Shown piece by piece: positions 21,290 through 30,229 of a stretch of 64,000 nt of DNA. The translations under genes were made by a program, and so were the position numbers. Numbering within the stretch: the stretch's first letter is position 1; each line of letters starts with the position of its first letter. Where the stretch lies: positions 32,001 through 96,000 of IMG/VR virus record IMGVR_UViG_3300027881_000007; one strand, written 5' to 3'. The DNA is from a virus. Under the pieces are notes generated by a model, which was given only the letters and a program-made list of their open reading frames with translations, had not been told where the DNA came from and searched no databases.

Positions 21290-21556
21290 TTATACATATA
21301 CTCCAACAATGATGCCACCGATTGTAAAAAATAAAAGATCTAATGCTGTATCGTCCCAATGACCTATAGGCCATTGATCAATTGTTTCTCGGGGTAGACC
21401 TAATAGAAAACCGCTTATCCCTCCCATGTACCAGTTGGGATTACTAGCTATAGGGTATAATGCAATTGCTGCCCAAGCTAAGTGAAAGAGTTGATCAAGT
21501 CTTTTTCTCCATGTCTTACCAATCAATTCATCAATCTTGTCTTTAATAGCCATCAT
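21290..21556 (-). CDS. Small membrane protein
   Basis: Three hydrophobic segments; DQLFH...E...D pattern. Confidence 0.55.
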   Translation of the reverse strand: MMAIKDKIDELIGKTWRKRLDQLFHLAWAAIALYPIASNPNWYMGGISGFLLGLPRETIDQWPIGHWDDTALDLLFFTIGGIIVGVYV

Positions 21557-21761
21557 CTTCCCCTTTAGTTAGTCCTTTCGCACTATCTATAGCTAATTGC
21601 TTAACCTCATCTGGAGACAACCTTCTACCTATTCTCCCCTCTATTGTATTCATTTGTCTATAAACGGGATTGAAAACTTCGCGATATGTATCGCACGGCA
21701 TATCACAAGTAGCATGAACTATACAACCTTTACATATTATCTCGACGACTTCTTCGATCAT
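21543..21761 (-). CDS. Cx2Cx5Cx3C family protein
   Basis: CKGCIVHATCDMPC. Confidence 0.65.
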   Translation of the reverse strand: MIEEVVEIICKGCIVHATCDMPCDTYREVFNPVYRQMNTIEGRIGRRLSPDEVKQLAIDSAKGLTKGEDDGY

Positions 21762-21994
21762 TATACTTCCTATGGAGAAGGTTTTAAGGCAACTCTTCTG
21801 ATTGCTTCTTCGTTTACAATGTAACTAAGATACTCGGCATTACCCACTAGTTTTTTGCACCCAGTACAATATACTCTAGGAATTCCACTTCCCTCCCATG
21901 CTAAGGGAGTTTCATGGGTCTCTCCACATTTGGGGCATATACACTCAGTAGGCACTTTCTTTAACTCGGGTCCTATTCTCCGCATTACTGCCTC

Positions 21995-22402
21995 CTAGAA
22001 TATAGCACCAAGTTTGCGAACCAGTAGATCCCATAGACTAACCGCTTTATCCCAATAAGCAACTACAAGGAAAAGCGTATTAATCATAGTCATAATGACA
22101 ATGATAGCAGTGTAACCAACAACTTTTCTGGAATACTTTTTAACCATCATAGATGATATAACTGAAGCAACAGCCTGAGATGTAATTATTCTTTGTAGGG
22201 ATTCAACTTCTCCCAAGTAATATTTTACACCACTGTCTGAATAGTAAAATATTCGCCTCAGTAAATCCTCTGGTCCTTCTTTCAACCAGGACTTTGTTAA
22301 CTCCATCGACTCATTGTTGGCATGTACCTTAATATCGTCGGGCACCTCTTTCTTATTTTTATTAATTTCTTTTAATACTTCTTCAAGTTTCTCTTCGCTC
22401 AT
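21995..22402 (-). CDS. Membrane-anchored hypothetical protein
   Basis: C-terminal TM helix. Confidence 0.55.
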   Translation of the reverse strand: MSEEKLEEVLKEINKNKKEVPDDIKVHANNESMELTKSWLKEGPEDLLRRIFYYSDSGVKYYLGEVESLQRIITSQAVASVISSMMVKKYSRKVVGYTAIIVIMTMINTLFLVVAYWDKAVSLWDLLVRKLGAIF

Positions 22403-22517
22403 CGGACGACCCTTTGATTAAAGATTTAAGTCTAGAGAAGAACCTGCCCATATACCTTCCAATTACAATACCTATAAAGGTATAGAGGAGTGGTTCATAT
22501 TCAGCAAATTTCATTGT

Positions 22518-22841
22518 CTACTTTCCCTTCGGTTTCTCCGGAATCTTCGGATGGGCCTTAATTGATTTCCTGACTTTCGCTGGAGATTTACCTTTACCTC
22601 TCCAATAGGTTGACGCATGGACTTCATCTTTAACAGTTGCACAAAACGCTTCAGGATCATCAAGTTTCCCTTTCATCTTCTTCACACATAACTTAAAGAA
22701 ACCGGGGGACTTCGGTCCCCCTTCAACTCCCTTCGAAAGAGTCATTCCAAACTTTTTAACGCTATCTCTTGTCCAACCTTTCGGATAGTTCTTAAAACCA
22801 GATTCTTGTAGATAGTTTAAATATTCATTAAGTACATTCAT
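22518..22841 (-). CDS. Putative virion internal protein
   Basis: MNVLNEYLNYLQES N-terminus; FFKLCVKKM...PEAFCA; basic. Confidence 0.6.
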   Translation of the reverse strand: MNVLNEYLNYLQESGFKNYPKGWTRDSVKKFGMTLSKGVEGGPKSPGFFKLCVKKMKGKLDDPEAFCATVKDEVHASTYWRGKGKSPAKVRKSIKAHPKIPEKPKGK

Positions 22842-22928
22842 AAGACACCTCTCACTTAATTTTATATTTGTTCCAAATTGCAGGAATTATAACGCGGGTA
22901 AAGCATTAGAAATAATATGGAAAATGTC

Positions 22929-23234
22929 TTATGGGCGAGGAATCTGATCTTTATCGTCTGGGGGAGAAGTTTTGGGAGATTTATCTTTAGGATCCTTCTT
23001 TTTAGCAGCAGCAGCCCACTCTTGAATCTTATTTGAACCTACATAAGCACCCCACAAAATTGCAACTAATTCTGGGGTTAAAGAAGGATATGGTTTTTCA
23101 AAATACCAAGCAAATGGAAACATAAATACAACCATACCTGTAAGAATTGTAGCAAAGAATGCAGTCTTTGAGGCCTTGTTATCAACACTCCATAAGAATT
23201 TCATTGTATTCTCCTCACAAAAAGTAATGGCCAT
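22929..23234 (-). CDS. Holin-like two-TM protein
   Basis: Two TM segments and a charged C-terminal tail; near spanin-like genes. Confidence 0.4.
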   Translation of the reverse strand: MAITFCEENTMKFLWSVDNKASKTAFFATILTGMVVFMFPFAWYFEKPYPSLTPELVAILWGAYVGSNKIQEWAAAAKKKDPKDKSPKTSPPDDKDQIPRP

Positions 23235-23932
23235 CTCTCATCGAAATTAGTAAAGTGTCGGTTCAACTGTTTCACTTCTTTTGTATCTGGAATATCTAAT
23301 CTGTTTGGTTTAACTTTATATCTAACATTCCCTGTGAGGACACATCCTTCAACTAGTCCACAAAACTGAGCAACCCGTTTTCCCCTTCTTTTAGGTTTTT
23401 TACAGTAGTCTTCATATCTCACAACCTTATATAAATCTGAAGGTAGTGTTGTTAATTGTGTATTTAAACGAGATAACTGTTCTTCGTGAATAACAGCTCC
23501 AGCCCTAAGATTTACTGAATGTCTTCTCCGAAAAGTTGATAAGACACACATTATAGGATTTCTAACCATTACAACTATTTTTAAATCATCCTTAAACAAA
23601 TCATATACATCATATAGATCTGGAGCGGAACGAGCACTCCCTCCAAAGGGTGCAGACCGTTTATATAGTACAACATCCTTTCTTGGAAATTTTTGAAGAA
23701 GTTTATCAATCATTGGTTGTATTTGACTCTTAGCATCTTGATGTTGTTTAAAGTCGCCTTGGCGATCCCACATTGTTCTTGTCAACTCATTAAACTCATT
23801 AATCAAGGGATCATTAAGTGGTCGATGATTTCCGCCAAGAGTTAAAACATTGCCCGGAGTGCTTAGTATTCTGAGCATCATTGTCGTACCAGAACCAGAG
23901 CAACCAACAATAAAGATAAACTTATAACTCAC
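23201..23932 (-). CDS. Sulfotransferase
   Basis: FIVGCSGSGTTMM (5'-PSB loop), VMVRNP...S, VRYED. Confidence 0.85.
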   Translation of the reverse strand: MSYKFIFIVGCSGSGTTMMLRILSTPGNVLTLGGNHRPLNDPLINEFNELTRTMWDRQGDFKQHQDAKSQIQPMIDKLLQKFPRKDVVLYKRSAPFGGSARSAPDLYDVYDLFKDDLKIVVMVRNPIMCVLSTFRRRHSVNLRAGAVIHEEQLSRLNTQLTTLPSDLYKVVRYEDYCKKPKRRGKRVAQFCGLVEGCVLTGNVRYKVKPNRLDIPDTKEVKQLNRHFTNFDERWPLLFVRRIQ

Positions 23933-23941
23933 TTCAATCTC

Positions 23942-24532
23942 CTATAATACTAAGACAAGAGCAATCCCAACAGCAATTGCTCCTATAACTCCAAGGGTAA
24001 TTTTATTTTCAATTCTTTGTTTCTCTAATTTATATTCCAACTGTAGAACTCTATTCTCGGCATTTACCCATAGAGTCCTGTAACGCTGAATGGTTATATC
24101 TTGGAGTTTGACAACATCTAACATTGCATTGTAAAGTTCAACTTCAACTTGTACTCTCTGAACCAATAGTTCAGAAATTTCAGCCATCATTTTGCCTTGC
24201 TCAATCTTGGCAACTATTTTGTTGTGCTCTTCAACAAGATATCCAACTACTTCAGCACCCTCTGGCACTTCCCCTTCCCAATCAAACTCTGTAGTCTGAC
24301 CTTTTCTTATTAAGATAATGGGAACAGGTTCATTCATTTTATGAACTTTATGAAGTATCTGCTTTAGTTTATCAACTCTGAGTTTGAAGGGGCGTTGGAA
24401 TCTCTCTTCCATTTCAATGGGTTTAAATTCATCTGGAGGCTTGAAATCTTTTGGACCGCTGGCACAACTAGTCAGCAGACCAATTCCAAGCAGCACGTAG
24501 ACGATCCAGGGACTCCTTAGCCGTTTGAACAT
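23942..24532 (-). CDS. Lipoprotein with coiled coil and C-terminal TM (spanin-like)
   Basis: Lipobox LLTSC; overlaps 24468..24848. Confidence 0.5.
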   Translation of the reverse strand: MFKRLRSPWIVYVLLGIGLLTSCASGPKDFKPPDEFKPIEMEERFQRPFKLRVDKLKQILHKVHKMNEPVPIILIRKGQTTEFDWEGEVPEGAEVVGYLVEEHNKIVAKIEQGKMMAEISELLVQRVQVEVELYNAMLDVVKLQDITIQRYRTLWVNAENRVLQLEYKLEKQRIENKITLGVIGAIAVGIALVLVL

Positions 24533-24848
24533 TTTTTATCTCCTTAACGGTTCTATTAAAAGTCCTAATAGACCTACCTAAGTCGATCTTAACCACTTGC
24601 GCCACCTCTTCTCTTTTTGTCATCTTCGTTGCTAGGTTGTCATTTGCAACAGCAAGCTGACTTAGTGCAGTTGTTAGTTGTTGCATTTGAACGAACTGTT
24701 TCATTTCATAGTTGTGGCGGTCCGTTAGCATATCCTTTGTCTCACTACGATAGCTAAGAAATATAATGAGAATAATAATAGCGAGAATGAATATGCCAAA
24801 GTCCTTAATTATTCCTAAGGCCTTGCTGAGTGCATCCATTATACCCAC
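24468..24848 (-). CDS. N-terminal TM coiled-coil protein (i-spanin-like)
   Basis: TM helix followed by helical region; overlaps the lipoprotein gene. Confidence 0.45.
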   Translation of the reverse strand: MGIMDALSKALGIIKDFGIFILAIIILIIFLSYRSETKDMLTDRHNYEMKQFVQMQQLTTALSQLAVANDNLATKMTKREEVAQVVKIDLGRSIRTFNRTVKEIKNVQTAKESLDRLRAAWNWSAD

Positions 24849-25627
24849 TCCTTTATTCTATATCCCAAAAGGTCAAACAGTTTTTCATTTTGTTCTCTGT
24901 AAAAGATATTAAATTCTCTCCTCACCTTTTTCTCCATTGGTTCGAAATTAGCCCCTACCCTTGACCAAACCTTATATACCTTTTCTTGGCTGTCCTTATA
25001 CATATCCCCTGTTTTCTTGCTATACCTTTTAGAAGGATGAATAATTTCAGTGGGAAAGTCAATAGGATCTGCTCCAAGAAATTCGTGTATCTTACTCATC
25101 TCATTAGTGGTATCTTCTTTCATCCTTTCGACAATGTATATATGAACCTGTTCTCTAGGAATATTTATAAAGACATTTTCTGCAAGATGCTTATAATATC
25201 TTCCCAATCTCAGATACATAGTCTTAAATTTTCTACAATTTTCTAAAGTAAATTTCCAGTTCACTTTTTTTGCTTGAACATTCATTCTATAGTGTGAGTA
25301 TGCCCGATCAGTTGGATTTCTAATTCCTATTATCAGTTTTGTGTCAGGAGCATATCTGCCCATAAGTCTCATAGCTTTTCTATGTCCTGCATAATCTGGA
25401 CTTTTTTCACCAGAAATTTTTCCCACAAACTTACTCTTATACCATTTAATTCCTTTATTCCAATTGTGTAAACCCCAAAATCTCATTTCAGTTCCACCGC
25501 CTACACCTGGTCTAACTGGACCTCCCCTTTTAGACATTGTTATATCTGGATGTTTATTCAGGTTTAGAAACAACTGAGTAGTTCCACACTTTAAAAAACC
25601 TGCTATTATAAAATCAGGAAGTTTCAA
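24839..25627 (-). CDS. Sulfotransferase (heparan-sulfate ST-like)
   Basis: PDFIIAGFLKCGTT, GEKSPDY, IRNPTDRAYSHY. Confidence 0.92.
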   Translation of the reverse strand: MKLPDFIIAGFLKCGTTQLFLNLNKHPDITMSKRGGPVRPGVGGGTEMRFWGLHNWNKGIKWYKSKFVGKISGEKSPDYAGHRKAMRLMGRYAPDTKLIIGIRNPTDRAYSHYRMNVQAKKVNWKFTLENCRKFKTMYLRLGRYYKHLAENVFINIPREQVHIYIVERMKEDTTNEMSKIHEFLGADPIDFPTEIIHPSKRYSKKTGDMYKDSQEKVYKVWSRVGANFEPMEKKVRREFNIFYREQNEKLFDLLGYRIKEWV

Positions 25628-26321
25628 TACAATCTCCTATCTCGTAAACTGGTCCATCGAATTTATTAAATACCTTTATAACATCATTAAATCTTGGGTC
25701 AACCCTTTTCAACATAAAACCATTCTTCTTATGGTTGAGTATTCTCCCAACTCTCATAGGTTCTCTGTAATCGAATGGATCTAGATTACAATGTTCATAA
25801 ATTCTCGCTGATATTTCTTTAAAGTTTGAGACCATATTTTCATACTTTATTGTTAAACAACTTTTTAAGTCTGCAATCATTTCAGTGTACTTTGGTATAT
25901 AAGTAATATACTCATCAATCATTCTGGGAATCTGTTTCATCTTTCCCCTTTTACGATATTTCATTTTTATAATCGAATTCCATGAGTCAAGGGGATGTCT
26001 CACTATTTGAATTATTCTTGCATCACTACCAAAGAGTTCATTCCATTTTTCACAATATTCAACAACTGTAATATTTGATAAATGGCGTTTACCAATTACT
26101 CTCTTTTCGTAGATTAGTTTATCTCCATGATTTAACTTAAACTTAGGGTATTTGTTGTAAAGATAATTCTTAGTTGTAAATTGAAATCTAGATGAATATC
26201 TACTTCGTATTATATGCTCTTCATTAAACATACCTGCCATTTGTGGATGTTTCTTACAAGTCCTATATGTAAGTGTAGTCCCACTTCTTGGAAATCCGAC
26301 AACCAAAACCTTTACTCCCAA
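25614..26321 (-). CDS. Sulfotransferase
   Basis: VVGFPRSGTT, IVRHPLDSWNS, IKYEN. Confidence 0.9.
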   Translation of the reverse strand: MGVKVLVVGFPRSGTTLTYRTCKKHPQMAGMFNEEHIIRSRYSSRFQFTTKNYLYNKYPKFKLNHGDKLIYEKRVIGKRHLSNITVVEYCEKWNELFGSDARIIQIVRHPLDSWNSIIKMKYRKRGKMKQIPRMIDEYITYIPKYTEMIADLKSCLTIKYENMVSNFKEISARIYEHCNLDPFDYREPMRVGRILNHKKNGFMLKRVDPRFNDVIKVFNKFDGPVYEIGDCIETS

Positions 26322-26322
26322 A

Positions 26323-27039
26323 TCATCTCCCCCTTAAACGCTTATGAAACTTGTTAACTTCTCTATAGAGTTCTTTTGTTCTTTCAATAACTACTTCTTC
26401 TACTTCTTTACTTATTGGTTTATTAGTTGAGGCTTTTCTGTGATCTACAACATTTATTAACTTTCTAAATGGTCCAACGTCCTGGAGTTTTATATCGTTT
26501 GTCCATTGTTCAAATCTTACAATAGGATTCCCTGACTCCAAAAAATCAAAAACAACATTGTTCCATCTTGTTGTGTACCAGATAGCTAGTTTCTCTGTGT
26601 CTACGCCTCCAAAGCGTTCAGCCTGTTCGGGGTGTCTTCGACTATACATTGAGCAATAAGCGTACACAGGATTTCGTACAATACACATTGCCTTAATAGA
26701 ATTTATTGTTAGAAATGGAGTAAACTTAGAGACCCCACCACTGAATAGAATGGGTTTTTTAGAATTGTGAACGAACCTTACTAAATTATCGTTAAGATTG
26801 ATAGTCATATCAAGGTCAGTCCCAGTACGTTGTTTCCATCTTTTCTGCATAGTTGCTTTTGGCATATAACATATATCACCTGCGGAACCGATAACTGTAT
26901 CTGGTCGCATATGAGCATTCATCAAACGTCTAACAAGAGATGTGGCATGACCACCCCATGGTGCAATTGCTACTTTAATATTCTGGTTCTTCATATTCTG
27001 TACCTTCCCATAACTCTCCAAATGGGAGACAAATTTCAA
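26323..27039 (-). CDS. Divergent sulfotransferase
   Basis: IVRNPVYAYCS, IVRFEQ; degenerate PSB loop GGHATS. Confidence 0.65.
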   Translation of the reverse strand: MKFVSHLESYGKVQNMKNQNIKVAIAPWGGHATSLVRRLMNAHMRPDTVIGSAGDICYMPKATMQKRWKQRTGTDLDMTINLNDNLVRFVHNSKKPILFSGGVSKFTPFLTINSIKAMCIVRNPVYAYCSMYSRRHPEQAERFGGVDTEKLAIWYTTRWNNVVFDFLESGNPIVRFEQWTNDIKLQDVGPFRKLINVVDHRKASTNKPISKEVEEVVIERTKELYREVNKFHKRLRGR

Positions 27040-27310
27040 GACATTCCAAAAGTAGTGATTGTGCCTTCTTCCTCCATTCTCTCTTCGGACTAATACAAGC
27101 GACTACAACTGTAAACCCTTGTTCTTCTAATAATGCAGCAAACTTTGCTATGAGCATTATATTGCTTTCTCGTCCCTCATCTGTAAAATCAGAGGGAAAA
27201 TGTTCTCTTATCCTGTCCCCATCTAAAACAATACCATTAGTTTGTCTAGCAATACGATTTGCTAAAGTTGTCTTACCCGCCCCAGATCGACCTGTAATCC
27301 AATATACCAT
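26975..27310 (-). CDS. cysC: Adenylyl-sulfate kinase, minimal (111 aa)
   Basis: WITGRSGAGKTT, LDGDRIR, FTDEGRESNI, ISP, YEEP. Confidence 0.8.
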   Translation of the reverse strand: MVYWITGRSGAGKTTLANRIARQTNGIVLDGDRIREHFPSDFTDEGRESNIMLIAKFAALLEEQGFTVVVACISPKREWRKKAQSLLLECLEICLPFGELWEGTEYEEPEY

Positions 27311-27322
27311 TTATGTAATCCT

Positions 27323-27838
27323 CTATCTGTTTATATAATCAGTTATCACAGCAGCTCCATGAATAATCTCAACACTCTTCTCAACTATTTCAGCACCCTC
27401 TTCATGAGTTGGAGGTTCAAGTTCTAAGCTCGCTTGCATCCTTTCCATAACAACTAAAGGAAAATCAGATTCGATTGCTCTTTCAATACAAGTTTCATAT
27501 GGAGTTTTTACATAAATAATTGTTACATCTGCTCCATATTCTTTACCTAAGTTGATTACTTTCTCTCTTCTAAATTTTGTTGTGTGTGTTCCATCGAGAA
27601 CTACATCTAGTCCTCTGATCAGACTGGCCCTAACCATTGTATTAAATGTGCCCCAAACAAAGTCTTCTAGTTTTGGATCAAATTCAACTCCAAGTGCAAG
27701 TCTAATATCATCACCACAAATGACTTGGTATTCCCGGAGTTCCCGATTCACTATTGTCGACTTCCCGCTCTTTGGGAGGCCGCACATTATCACCATCGTC
27801 GGTCTTCTCTCTACTCCTTGATCTTTCGGCATTCTCAA
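27323..27838 (-). CDS. AAA_33/polynucleotide-kinase-like P-loop protein
   Basis: MCGLPKSGKST, GDDIR, VVLDGTH. Confidence 0.85.
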   Translation of the reverse strand: MRMPKDQGVERRPTMVIMCGLPKSGKSTIVNRELREYQVICGDDIRLALGVEFDPKLEDFVWGTFNTMVRASLIRGLDVVLDGTHTTKFRREKVINLGKEYGADVTIIYVKTPYETCIERAIESDFPLVVMERMQASLELEPPTHEEGAEIVEKSVEIIHGAAVITDYINR

Positions 27839-28584
27839 TTCCCCTTTGAATTATTGTTTCGTAGTAGTCCATTATTCAAACCTCTTTTTGACCTTCTCCA
27901 TATAAGCATACTGATCTATTCTTGGAGGATTTGGCTTATGATTATATCGTGAAATAATTCTCCAATCCCTAACTTGTGGTTCTCTACATCTTTTACATTC
28001 TCTATACAATCTTGAGTATTCTCCTTCTGTACCGGTGCACTCTCTTGTAATAGTACCATCAGGTTGGGCATATACTACACTAGAGGCCTCTTCCCATTCA
28101 TGTTCTTTTAAACACTTCATCGTGGGATTTCCATTTTTCTCCATTACGCATCTGCCTCCGACCTTTTCTAATCGACTTGAGCAGCTTTCGATTCTGGAGT
28201 ATGCTTTTTGCCTTTTTTGATTTCATTAATTATATGCTCCGATAGAATTTGATCTTGTTTTAGAAATAACCTTATTGCCTCAACAGTGATACACTTTGAA
28301 ATCTCAGAGTAACAGCTTTCCTTTTTGCAATAACTCCTATCACTCTTTACTTCATGGTCATCACATCTTGCGCATGTACCTAAGATCATAGTCCCTATCA
28401 TTTCTATTCCTTTCAATCTTCAAACAACTTCCAAAAGTGCTCATTGACAACTTTTTGAATTTCAGGATCAGGATCTTTTTGCTCCTTAAATAAATTATAT
28501 ACAAACTTTCGATGAATTTTTGCTTCTTCTTCTGTGAGATTTCTATGTCCGGGAAAGAGTTTTTCACAAAACTCAATCCAATTT

Positions 28585-29040
28585 TTATCGCCCGACATCT
28601 TGTACCTCACCTTCAATAGAAGGACCTTCTACAGAAAGAAGTTCTTCATCTGGTATTCCTAAACCAACTGGACTTAACTGCTCCAATTCATATACAACCA
28701 TAGATTTTAGAATACTATTCCAAGTTTTCCTATTGAAGGGTCCATCAGGCAAGTCATTGCCCCTAGTCCAGTCTTCTGCAGCCCTTGGTTTTCTTCGTGA
28801 AACTACACAACCAAGATATCCTTTATTGGGTCTTTCAATTGCTACTATAGCATATACATTCTCAAAAGTATATAGTTTAAATTTAAAGCGATGTTCATAT
28901 TCACCATTGCCGTGACCTTCTCCTTCGTCCTCTGTAATATGGACATAGTTTTCAACGTTTCCACGAGTTCCCAAGTCTTCTTCTATCCACTTTTTTAGAT
29001 CTTTAATTGTATTACTCATAGTTCGCTCCTTTCTTGACAA
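28585..29040 (-). CDS. Conserved hypothetical phage protein
   Basis: GYLGC...RKPRAAEDWTRGNDLPDG. Confidence 0.6.
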   Translation of the reverse strand: MSRKERTMSNTIKDLKKWIEEDLGTRGNVENYVHITEDEGEGHGNGEYEHRFKFKLYTFENVYAIVAIERPNKGYLGCVVSRRKPRAAEDWTRGNDLPDGPFNRKTWNSILKSMVVYELEQLSPVGLGIPDEELLSVEGPSIEGEVQDVGR

Positions 29041-29042
29041 CG

Positions 29043-29432
29043 AAAAAAAATGAGGGGGTTGCGACCCTTTTGAAAAAAAGGCGTGGACCCCCTCAAAACC
29101 ACATCTATCCCAAAGGAGAAGAGTTTAGCAGCCTTTTCCTGTGTGGACCAAACTCTATTAATGCAGGGTCGCAGACAGAATGACATGAACTAAACCACAC
29201 AAACCCCGGCAGATAGAGGCAAAGGCAGCAGGCGCAGCAAGGCACCATCGAGGAGATGCGGACCTTGTTGAAAAGGGGTGGTCTCCCCAAACCACAACTT
29301 CCCTAGGAGTCGGCTAGCACAGTCAGGATTTTCTGGTGCAAACTGTGTTAGGGCCGCAGGTTCGCAGACGGCATGGGCTGGACTCGCACCAACCACTATG
29401 CTGAATCGGAGGGATTTTTTGATGCATAGTGG
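29043..29432 (-). ncRNA. Candidate structured non-coding RNA downstream of tRNA-Gly
   Basis: GC-rich gene-free gap with several stems, an internal 14-nt repeat and a 3' terminator-like stem with U-tract. Confidence 0.5.
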
Positions 29433-29444
29433 AGAAAAAACTTT

Positions 29445-29512
29445 TGGAGCGGGGGAGAGGAGTCGAACCCCTTCTGGACTTGGAAGGTCCTTACCGGCCA
29501 CCCGGCCTCCGC
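29445..29512 (-). tRNA. Non-canonical 68-nt tRNA-Gly(TCC)
   Basis: GCGGAGG/CCCCCGC acceptor stem, anticodon loop CTTCCAA, T-loop TTCGACT, TCCA end; shrunken D-arm. Confidence 0.8.
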
Positions 29513-29518
29513 ATGTCT

Positions 29519-29809
29519 TCATTTCGGAACCTCCAGAGGAGTGTTGTGATTCATTTTTCTTCGAAGCATTTCTTTAACCAATTCATTATGTACATTTATA
29601 ATAAACTCAAACGCTTCTCTAGTCACATTACCTTTTTTATTCCATGCGCCGTGTAGCATATGACATTTTCTATGAAGATCAACTAACTGCGGATTGGTTA
29701 ACTCTCGTACTACCTTCCCGCTCCTGTCCCTCTCAATCTCTTTAAGACGATTATATGTGGAGGGTAATTTTTGTATTATTTTCAAATACCTTTCGATCAG
29801 AGGATTCAT
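29519..29809 (-). CDS. Hypothetical protein
   Basis: QLVDLHRKCHML...HNELVKEMLRRKMNHNTPL. Confidence 0.6.
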   Translation of the reverse strand: MNPLIERYLKIIQKLPSTYNRLKEIERDRSGKVVRELTNPQLVDLHRKCHMLHGAWNKKGNVTREAFEFIINVHNELVKEMLRRKMNHNTPLEVPK

Positions 29810-29821
29810 TTTCTGATCCTA

Positions 29822-30193
29822 TTAGCGAGATCGTTTTAGTCGTCGTTTAGCCTGTTCCTTAAGAAGCTCAGCATAAGAAAATGATGAAACCCTAATATCC
29901 TCTTTTAATTCACCTTTTTCTCTTTGACCCTCGACCCACTTGGCCAACTTAGCTTGCATGCCATCTGCCCAATTGGAGAGAGTTGGGTTTTCCTTCTTAT
30001 TCCAAACATTCAAATTTGTAAGAGCCTTTGAAACAGTTTCCCAACCCTTCTTTTTAATCAGATCTTCGAAGTGACTCATCGAAAGTGTTTCAACATCTTT
30101 ACCCTCAGGCACCTCAAGGACACCAGGATGTTTAACTGGAATTTTTACCTTCTGCTCACTAAGTCCTTCAAGGTAATTGTTTACGGCCTTCAT
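29822..30193 (-). CDS. Putative virion internal protein
   Basis: MKAVNNYLEGLSE N-terminus; TATAAATA upstream. Confidence 0.6.
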   Translation of the reverse strand: MKAVNNYLEGLSEQKVKIPVKHPGVLEVPEGKDVETLSMSHFEDLIKKKGWETVSKALTNLNVWNKKENPTLSNWADGMQAKLAKWVEGQREKGELKEDIRVSSFSYAELLKEQAKRRLKRSR

Positions 30194-30229
30194 ATTATGC
30201 TCCTATTTATAATATGTTCTATATAGACA

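Noticed and set aside
29105-29656. ORFs 29105, 29190, 29278 and 29429
   Set aside because: They overlap the tRNA and the GC-rich structured region, with atypical composition and no clear RBS
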